Below, piece by piece: positions 57,351-64,000 of a stretch of 64,000 nt of DNA (position 1 is the stretch's first letter; each line of letters opens with the position of its first letter). A program made the position numbers and the translations under genes. The stretch comes from an uncultured Pseudomonadota bacterium (GTDB lineage: Bacteria; CALINM01): the NCBI GenBank assembly GCA_964540515.1, contig CAZIMS010000001.1, forward strand, positions 223,291-287,290, in the 5' to 3' direction. Below the pieces are notes generated by a model. That model had not been told where the DNA came from and searched no databases. It was given only the letters and a program-made list of their open reading frames with translations.

Positions 57351-57456
57351 TTTAACCTCTTCTAAAATAATAAATAGCAAAAAAATAAACTTTGTCAAGG
57401 GCTGAAAAAACGAGTAACTCTTTAATAAAGAATCGATTTTTGTTATAATTCACTGA

Positions 57457-58251
57457 ATGAATAGTGATGGTACAATAAAAATAAATGATTATGTATTAAT
57501 CGTATCAAAAAAAAGAGATGAGTACCTTGTTAAAGTTGAAGAAAAGGGGCAGTTTTCGAGTCATAGGGGTTTTATAGATTATAACCTTATCCTTGGAAAA
57601 TCCTTTGGTTCTGTTGTAAAAACCCATCTTTCAGAAGAGTACTACCTCTTTAAACCAAACATTTATGATTTTTTAAGACATGTTAAAAGAAAGACACAGG
57701 TTCTATATGCTAAAGATCTGGGATATATTATACTGCGGTTAGGCCTATCTTCAGGTATAAGAATGATTGAATGTGGCTCAGGAAGTGGTTCAGCCACCTC
57801 TGCCTTTGCCTTTGCCCTCTATCCTTATGGCATTCTTTATTCCTATGAGGCAAGGGAAGAGTTTATGGAGCTGGCAAGAAAAAATTTAGAGAGGGTAGGG
57901 CTTACTAATATAGTTCATTTTAAACATAGGGATATCGAGAAAGGCTTTGAGGATGAGGATGTAGATGCTATCTTTTTAGATGTTAAGTACCCCGAAAAAT
58001 ATATAACTCATTGTTATAGAGCCTTAAAAAACGGTGGTAATTTATGTGTCTTTGTACCTACGGCTAATCAGGTCTCTGATGTATTAAAGGCCTTTGAAGA
58101 TCATAGATTTTTTATGACAGATGTGTTAGAAATATTTCTGAGAAATTACAAAACAGTGCCAGAAAGACTTAGGCCTGATGATACGATGATTGCCCACACA
58201 GGTTATCTGATTTTCACAAGAAAATATGTGGGAGGTGAAGAAAATGGATAA
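57457..58251 (+). CDS. trmI: tRNA (adenine-N1)-methyltransferase TrmI (Gcd14 family)
   Basis: Class-I SAM MTase motif IECGSGSGSAT preceded by the TrmI N-terminal beta domain; 264 aa. Confidence 0.7.
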   Translation: MNSDGTIKINDYVLIVSKKRDEYLVKVEEKGQFSSHRGFIDYNLILGKSFGSVVKTHLSEEYYLFKPNIYDFLRHVKRKTQVLYAKDLGYIILRLGLSSGIRMIECGSGSGSATSAFAFALYPYGILYSYEAREEFMELARKNLERVGLTNIVHFKHRDIEKGFEDEDVDAIFLDVKYPEKYITHCYRALKNGGNLCVFVPTANQVSDVLKAFEDHRFFMTDVLEIFLRNYKTVPERLRPDDTMIAHTGYLIFTRKYVGGEENG

Positions 58252-59638
58252 ACATATAGCCGTTGTTATCTTAGCAGCAGGCAAAGGTACGAGGATGAAA
58301 TCTTATTATCCTAAAGTGCTTCACCCTGTTCTAGGAAGGCCCATGATAAATTATGTTGTTGATGCAACCTTAAGTCTTAAACCCTTTGAAATTATACCTG
58401 TTGTCTCACATCAAAGAGAGTTAGTGGAAAAACATCTAACCAATAATTTTGGCCATATCTTTAAGTTTGTCCATCAGAAGAACCCCCTTGGAACAGGAGA
58501 TGCAGTTAAATGGGCAGTGAAACATTTAACCGATCTTGTCGATACAGTGCTTATATTGTCAGGTGATGTACCCCTAATTACCGAAAAGATGCTGAATAAT
58601 TTATTAGAGCAACACAAAAGTCAGATTACTATAACAACTATAGAGCTTGAAGATCCTAAGGGGTATGGAAGGATTGTAAGAGAAGGTGAAAGGATAATAA
58701 AAATAGTTGAAGAAAAAAATGCTAATGGGGAAGAGAAAAAAATAAAAGAGGTTAACGCAGGTATATATTGTTTTGATAAATCTTTTCTACTGAAATATAT
58801 TGATAGGCTTACCCCCAATGAGCTGACAAAAGAGTATTATCTTACTGAAATCATTGATATTGCTGTAGCAGAGGGTGTTTTAATTAGCTGTTATTTTGAG
58901 AGAGAAGGGTGGAGGCTTTTAGGAATAAACTCAAGAGCTGAACTGTCTATTGCCACAAATTACTTACAAAAAGAGATAATAGACAACTTAATGATGAATG
59001 GTGTTACAGTTATAGCCCCTCATAGAACATATATTGAGAAGGATGTGTCATTAGCAGAAGATACGGTTATACATCCTGATTGTCATATTTCTGGGTTAAC
59101 AAAGATTGGAAGAGGTAGCATAATTGAACAGGGAGTACTTATAAGAGACAGTGTTATTTCAGAGAATGTTCATGTTAAACCTTATTGTGTTATTGAAGGG
59201 TCCCATATACATAGCAATGCAGTAATTGGTCCCTTTGCCCATTTAAGACCAGAAACAATCTTGGAAGAAAAGGTAAAGATTGGTAATTTTGTAGAGACAA
59301 AAAAGGCTACTTTTAAAAAGGGTGCTAAGGCAAATCATCTGTCCTATATTGGAGATGCTTTTGTAGGGGAAGAGACAAATATAGGGGCTGGAACGATAAC
59401 TTGCAATTATGACGGAGAGAAAAAGCACTTTACAACAATTAGAAGAAAAGCCTTTATTGGGTCTAATACCTGTCTTGTGGCTCCAGTAACAGTAGGAGAG
59501 AATGCTGTTACCGGTGCAGGTTCAGTAATTACTAAAGATGTACCCGATAATGCTTTAGCTGTAGAAAGGGCGGAACAGAGAGTTATTGAAAACTGGCAGA
59601 AGATTAAGAAAAGGATGATTAAGAAAGAGCATAAATAA
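58244..59638 (+). CDS. glmU: Bifunctional UDP-N-acetylglucosamine pyrophosphorylase / glucosamine-1-phosphate N-acetyltransferase GlmU
   Basis: N-terminal LAAGKGTRM nucleotidyltransferase motif and C-terminal left-handed beta-helix hexapeptide repeats. Start is taken at MDKHIAVV. Confidence 0.9.
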   Translation: MDKHIAVVILAAGKGTRMKSYYPKVLHPVLGRPMINYVVDATLSLKPFEIIPVVSHQRELVEKHLTNNFGHIFKFVHQKNPLGTGDAVKWAVKHLTDLVDTVLILSGDVPLITEKMLNNLLEQHKSQITITTIELEDPKGYGRIVREGERIIKIVEEKNANGEEKKIKEVNAGIYCFDKSFLLKYIDRLTPNELTKEYYLTEIIDIAVAEGVLISCYFEREGWRLLGINSRAELSIATNYLQKEIIDNLMMNGVTVIAPHRTYIEKDVSLAEDTVIHPDCHISGLTKIGRGSIIEQGVLIRDSVISENVHVKPYCVIEGSHIHSNAVIGPFAHLRPETILEEKVKIGNFVETKKATFKKGAKANHLSYIGDAFVGEETNIGAGTITCNYDGEKKHFTTIRRKAFIGSNTCLVAPVTVGENAVTGAGSVITKDVPDNALAVERAEQRVIENWQKIKKRMIKKEHK

Positions 59639-59654
59639 TTCAAGGAGAGAGCTA

Positions 59655-61478
59655 ATGTGCGGTATTGTAGGATATACTGGTAATAAATATGCTGTCCCGA
59701 TAATTATCGATGGCTTAAAAAGACTTGAGTATAGAGGCTATGACTCAGCAGGGATAGCAGTACATGAAAGAAATGCTATAAAGATTATTAGGGCTGTAGG
59801 AAAGCTAAAAAGTTTAATAGAAAAAACCAATAATCTCAAAGCTTCAGGAAGATCAGGGATAGGCCATACAAGATGGGCAACCCATGGTAAGCCCTCAGAG
59901 GTAAATGCGCATCCCCATAAGGCAGGCGATATTGTGCTTGTCCATAATGGTATTATTGAGAACTATGGAGAGTTAAAGGCGAGACTTATAAAAAAGGGGG
60001 TTATTTTTGAATCCGAGACAGACACAGAGGTAATTGCGCACCTTATAAATGATTATTATCTTAAAACAAAGGATCTATTTGGAGCTATGTTAATGGCTAT
60101 AAAAGAGTTACGAGGCTCCTTTGCCTGTGCAATTTTAAACGAGAAGGAGCCTGAAAAAATTTATCTTATGAAACACGAAAGCCCCCTTGTTTTAGGGATA
60201 GGAGACGATGAGAATTTCTTTGCATCTGATATACCAGCTCTTTTGCCTTATACTAATAGAATTGTATTTTTAAAAGATGGTGAGATTGCTGTAGTTACTG
60301 ATAAAAATTATATGATTTATGATTTTGAAGGAAAAGAGATAAAAAGAGATGCTGAGCTTATTAATTTGTCAATCTCACAGGCAGAGAAAGGTGGATACCC
60401 CCATTTTATGTTGAAAGAGATCTATGAGCAGCCAGAAGCTTTTATAAATACAGTAAGGACAAGATTGCAGCCCGATAAGGGCGAGATTGTTTTTGATGAG
60501 CTTGATTATAATATCTCAGAAAAGTTTTCTTATATCAATATTGTTGCCTGTGGCACATCCTATCATGCAGGGCTGTTAGGAAGGATATTTCTGGAAGAGT
60601 TAGCGGAGATACCTGTTTCAGTTGAGATTGCCTCAGAGTTTAGATATAAAAGAAACTTTTTTAACAAAAGTACTCTTTATATTTTTATCTCTCAATCTGG
60701 CTCAACGGCAGATACTCTTGCGGCCTTAAAAAAATGTAAAGAGGCAGGCATGAAAACTCTCGCTATATGTAATGTCTTAGGCAGTAGTATATCTCATGAA
60801 GCAGACAATACAATCTACACACATGCTGGTCCTGAGATAGGTGTTGCTTCTACTAAAGCCTTTTCTACTCAGGTATCTATACTGCTACTTTTTGCCCTTA
60901 AGATTGCCGCAGAGAAAAGGCTACTAAATAGAAAAGAGATAAAGACATACATTAACGATATGCTTGCCTTACCAAGACTTATGGAAGAAACCCTTAAGTC
61001 TGCGGCACAGATAAAAGAAATTGCAAGGATATTTCATAAGTATAGCCATTTTCTTTATTTAGGAAGAGGCCTAAATTATCCGCTTTCTATGGAGGGGGCA
61101 CTAAAACTTAAAGAGATTTCATATATCCATGCAGAGGCCTATGCAGCAGGGGAGATGAAGCATGGTCCTATTGCTCTAATTGATGAGAATATGCCCACCT
61201 TTCTTATAAATCCTAGGTCTATGCATTTCGAGAAGACATTGAGTAATATGCAGGAGATACTTGCGAGAGGTGGTAAAATAATAGCTTTGGTATCAAAAGA
61301 TGATATAACTACTAAAAATTATACAGAAAATTTAATATATATACCCCATATAAATATTTATCTTGATACCTTGCTTACCATAATCCCTCTACAACTTTTT
61401 GCTTACTACTGTGCGGTTCTTAAAGGTACTGATGTAGATCAACCAAGAAATCTCGCAAAGAGTGTAACTGTGGAGTAG
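59655..61478 (+). CDS. glmS: Glutamine--fructose-6-phosphate aminotransferase GlmS
   Basis: MCGIVGY N-terminal nucleophile Cys, two SIS domains, C-terminal ...VTVE. Confidence 0.95.
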   Translation: MCGIVGYTGNKYAVPIIIDGLKRLEYRGYDSAGIAVHERNAIKIIRAVGKLKSLIEKTNNLKASGRSGIGHTRWATHGKPSEVNAHPHKAGDIVLVHNGIIENYGELKARLIKKGVIFESETDTEVIAHLINDYYLKTKDLFGAMLMAIKELRGSFACAILNEKEPEKIYLMKHESPLVLGIGDDENFFASDIPALLPYTNRIVFLKDGEIAVVTDKNYMIYDFEGKEIKRDAELINLSISQAEKGGYPHFMLKEIYEQPEAFINTVRTRLQPDKGEIVFDELDYNISEKFSYINIVACGTSYHAGLLGRIFLEELAEIPVSVEIASEFRYKRNFFNKSTLYIFISQSGSTADTLAALKKCKEAGMKTLAICNVLGSSISHEADNTIYTHAGPEIGVASTKAFSTQVSILLLFALKIAAEKRLLNRKEIKTYINDMLALPRLMEETLKSAAQIKEIARIFHKYSHFLYLGRGLNYPLSMEGALKLKEISYIHAEAYAAGEMKHGPIALIDENMPTFLINPRSMHFEKTLSNMQEILARGGKIIALVSKDDITTKNYTENLIYIPHINIYLDTLLTIIPLQLFAYYCAVLKGTDVDQPRNLAKSVTVE

Positions 61479-61479
61479 A

Positions 61480-62574
61480 TTAAAGCATCTTCTCAAAGAG
61501 TCTTTCTATCTCATCAAGTAGGGTTTTTTTGTTAAAATATCCTTTAATATAGCCAGCTCCAGCTATACCACCCGCTCCAACGCCTTCTTTAACAAGCCCT
61601 TCCTCATACATCTGTAGCCCCTTATACTTTGATTTTTTAAAATCCACATCAGAGGCAAAAACAAGAAGGTCATTTTTTATATCCTTTGAAAGCCCCTTAA
61701 AATCAGCAGTTTTATCTTCATAGACCCAGCGGGTAGTACAAACGGATATATTCTCCCAGCATACAGGCTTATTTAGATATTCAGCTAATTTTATCATAAA
61801 AACGATAACTGCCAACATCTGGGTACCACCAGCAAGTATTACTGGAAGGTGATCGGCCAAATATAATGCCATTGTAGCGTTAATAAGCTGCATTGAATCG
61901 CCAATGGCAGATACGACCTCTATAGGAGTTAGAGATGCTGGGTTTTTTTTAGACTTTAAATTTTTATGAGATTTCATTACAACCTCGGTCTTTAGCTTGT
62001 GGGCATTATCTTTCATGCTACTACTAACTTTACTGTGGGCTGATATGCCATAATAGCTCATTATCGAAAGGGCTGTAGTGGTACCACCAGGAACACTCTC
62101 CCCTAAAACTATGAATCTGTTAGTTTTTGCTAACTCCAAAGCCAAAACCTTTGATAACTTAAGAAGTTCATCGCCATTATCAAAAGCTTCGGCAGAAGTA
62201 ATACATTTAAGCCCATTTTTTCTTAACATAATGGTAGGCACTTTTGCCTTCCTTTGACAGCCACCATCAATTATAAAGAGGGGCATATTAGAAAGGTTAA
62301 GAGCAGCCTTTGTGATTATAACTGGTGAGGGTGGACCAAGAGGGTTTTTGGGTATCTCTTTAATGGTGTAGGTCCTTTCATAAAAAAGATATTCCACGTC
62401 TGCTTGGGCTGTATATCTTCGTAGCCTTGGTGTTGCCCCTGCTGCAGAGATACCAGAAATCTCGGCTGTTTTTGTAGTTGCTATGGTACAGATAAAAAGC
62501 CCGTCTCTTTTTGCTATCTCTTGAAGGTGTCTGTTTTTATAGGGAGAGTCGTTAACTATTAATATATCGTTCAT
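61480..62574 (-). CDS. CobT-family (archaeal-type) nicotinate-nucleotide:dimethylbenzimidazole phosphoribosyltransferase-like protein
   Basis: 364 aa; resemblance to the archaeal CobT-like family. Sits next to cobC-like and cobS genes. Confidence 0.5.
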   Translation of the reverse strand: MNDILIVNDSPYKNRHLQEIAKRDGLFICTIATTKTAEISGISAAGATPRLRRYTAQADVEYLFYERTYTIKEIPKNPLGPPSPVIITKAALNLSNMPLFIIDGGCQRKAKVPTIMLRKNGLKCITSAEAFDNGDELLKLSKVLALELAKTNRFIVLGESVPGGTTTALSIMSYYGISAHSKVSSSMKDNAHKLKTEVVMKSHKNLKSKKNPASLTPIEVVSAIGDSMQLINATMALYLADHLPVILAGGTQMLAVIVFMIKLAEYLNKPVCWENISVCTTRWVYEDKTADFKGLSKDIKNDLLVFASDVDFKKSKYKGLQMYEEGLVKEGVGAGGIAGAGYIKGYFNKKTLLDEIERLFEKML

Positions 62575-62585
62575 TTTCTGCTCTT

Positions 62586-63185
62586 TTATGTTTTATTATG
62601 AAACATAAGTAGTCTATTGCCATCTTCAAATAATCTTAAATGAGTTAGACTGGCAAAATCAATCTGAAACTTGAAGAAATTATTCAAAGGCAATCTTAGA
62701 AGCCATAGAATTAATACTCTTATTACACCAGCATGACTTACCAAAAGTATATTTTCATTATTTCTGAGATATTTTTTTATAAGTTTAATACTCCTCTTTT
62801 TTAAATCCTTTAGAGATTCACCATCTGGAAAGGGTATATTAACAGGATCTTTTAGTCTTTTTTGAAGATACTCCTTATCTGACTCCATTATCTCTAAATA
62901 GTTTAGCCCTTCCCATCTACCTGCATAAATTTCTCTAAGCTCAGGGAAGGATAGATGTTGTATAGAGAGTCTTTTTGCATAAACCGATGCAGGTCTATAA
63001 CATCTCTTTAAGTCGGAAGACAAGACCAACGAGATACTTTTATCTTTAAAAAAATCAATCCACTTAATAGTCTCTAAAAAGCCCTTTTCCGTAAGATCTA
63101 TATCTCTCTGTCCATTATATACATTTTTTGAGGAGTTTATTAGCTCACCGTGCCTCAAAAGATATAAGTCGAGGTATTTCATCAT
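62586..63185 (-). CDS. Histidine-phosphatase (phosphoglycerate-mutase-like) family protein, alpha-ribazole-5'-phosphate phosphatase CobC-like
   Basis: LLRHGE catalytic motif at the N-terminus and a second His region (SHAGVIR). Confidence 0.6.
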   Translation of the reverse strand: MMKYLDLYLLRHGELINSSKNVYNGQRDIDLTEKGFLETIKWIDFFKDKSISLVLSSDLKRCYRPASVYAKRLSIQHLSFPELREIYAGRWEGLNYLEIMESDKEYLQKRLKDPVNIPFPDGESLKDLKKRSIKLIKKYLRNNENILLVSHAGVIRVLILWLLRLPLNNFFKFQIDFASLTHLRLFEDGNRLLMFHNKT

Positions 63186-63187
63186 TA

Positions 63188-63913
63188 TTAAACCTTAAAA
63201 ATTGATAGGAAGATAATAAGCTCTGTTAATATACAACCAGCACCAAAAAGATCGCCAGAAAAACCACCACAATACCTCAATATAAAAAATTTAAAAACAT
63301 ATGATAAGAGAAATAGTATCAATGAAAGATAAACAAAGGTCCAGCCTAAAAATATTGATATTAGAAAAAAACTTGCATTGCCCAATAAAAACTCATAGAT
63401 TCCTGTTTTTTCAATAAAAAACTTACCTAACCCCTCATCAAAGATTGAACGGGAAAATGTTACTAAGTTTACAATTGTTGCTCTTCCAGACATACCTAAA
63501 AAGATAAAAAAATTTATATCCGCTATATAGTTATCAACTGCTTTTAAAATAACAGAGAAATATAGTAGCAATGCAAAGGTGCCCATTGCACCTATCCTGC
63601 TATCTTTTAGTATCTCCTTAAATCTATTTCTGTCTTTTTTTGCACCAAAAAAGGCATCAAAGAAGTCAGCAAAACCATCTAAATGAAGGCCACCATTAAG
63701 AAAATGATAAAAGAATATACTTAATAAAAATGAGATCTTGGGTAGTAAAAAAGATGATAACAGATAGTAGAAAAGATATGATAGCAAACCAATAAAGGCA
63801 CCAGCTAAAGGAAAATAGCCTACAATTTTATGAAAATTATTGTCATACTTAAGAAATTTTTGTGGTAAAGGTATGATAGAGATAAAGCTTAGAGAAAGTA
63901 AAAAGTATCTCAC
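63188..63913 (-). CDS. cobS: Adenosylcobinamide-GDP ribazoletransferase (cobalamin 5'-phosphate synthase) CobS
   Basis: Polytopic membrane protein with the CobS motif GGLHLDGFADFFDAFFG; GTG start. Confidence 0.8.
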   Translation of the reverse strand: MRYFLLSLSFISIIPLPQKFLKYDNNFHKIVGYFPLAGAFIGLLSYLFYYLLSSFLLPKISFLLSIFFYHFLNGGLHLDGFADFFDAFFGAKKDRNRFKEILKDSRIGAMGTFALLLYFSVILKAVDNYIADINFFIFLGMSGRATIVNLVTFSRSIFDEGLGKFFIEKTGIYEFLLGNASFFLISIFLGWTFVYLSLILFLLSYVFKFFILRYCGGFSGDLFGAGCILTELIIFLSIFKV

Positions 63914-63940
63914 AGAGTATTCCTTGATACATTTGCCGAA

Positions 63941-64000
63941 TCAAAGGTGGCCATCTCTAAATACATCTTTGCTGAGGCCTCTATGATATGAAAGACTATG
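63941..64000 (-). CDS. 3' end (last ~19 codons) of an unidentified minus-strand gene running off the window edge
   Basis: Open minus-strand frame ending ...HRGLSKDVFRDGHL followed by TGA at 63941-63943. Confidence 0.2.
   Translation of the reverse strand, partial: HSLSYHRGLSKDVFRDGHL

Noticed and set aside
1-64000. CRISPR arrays, rRNA genes, tmRNA, RNase P RNA, SRP RNA
   Set aside because: Scanned intergenic regions for short regularly spaced repeats and for hallmark motifs (tmRNA 3' tRNA-like end, SRP GGAAGCAG helix, RNase P GAAAGTCCGGGC); none found.

Overview
AT-rich (~33% GC) chromosomal window with lysine/glutamate/isoleucine-rich proteins. It looks like a thermophilic, anaerobic, Gram-negative bacterium, consistent with Thermodesulfobacteriota/Aquificota-like lineages (inference only): LPS heptosyltransferase, LpxH-like enzyme, an outer-membrane beta-barrel, anaerobic CO dehydrogenase, radical-SAM ThiH, multihaem cytochromes, and several archaeal-type genes.

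Main blocks:
(i) 1-3.6 kb: a glycosyltransferase/LPS locus disrupted by a decayed IS256-family element.
(ii) 4-14 kb: replication-origin housekeeping cluster on the minus strand (dnaB, rplI, rpsR, ssb, rpsF, parB, parA, rsmG, mnmE, yidC, yidD, rnpA, rpmH).
(iii) 14-17.7 kb: ABC-2 exporter, cNMP-binding protein, tautomerase, tRNA-Met.
(iv) 17.7-21.4 kb: cooS-cooF-FAD/NAD oxidoreductase CO-dehydrogenase module.
(v) 23-31.7 kb: dnaA-dnaN-recF-gyrB with a LonC-like degenerate-ATPase Lon protease, 16 kb away from rpmH-rnpA.
(vi) 31.9-33.3 kb: malic enzyme, then an 870-bp intergenic region.
(vii) 34.2-41.3 kb: complete archaeal-order A/V-type ATPase operon H-I-K-E-C-F-A-B lacking subunit D.
(viii) 41.4-44.9 kb: MtoAB/PioAB-like porin-cytochrome module. 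It pairs a decahaem c-type cytochrome with an ~820-aa outer-membrane barrel that carries an internal CxxCH and an in-frame TGA.
(ix) 45-46.7 kb: Na+/solute symporter, tRNA-Lys, tRNA-Glu.
(x) 46.7-53.2 kb: TPP-riboswitch-controlled thiamine operon (thiF-thiDN-thiH-thiS-thiG-thiE-thiC), plus a CooT-like gene.
(xi) 54.3-56 kb: split F-type atpZ-atpI-atpB-atpE with a Na+-motif c subunit, then rex.
(xii) 57.4-64 kb: trmI, glmU, glmS and a cobS-cobC-cobT(archaeal-type) cobalamin nucleotide-loop cluster.

No CRISPR array and no rRNA were seen. The least ordinary features are the porin-cytochrome locus, the ThiH carrying a HydG-type motif, the ThiDN/ThiE redundancy, the dual ATPases with Na+ signatures, and the orphan CooT-like gene.
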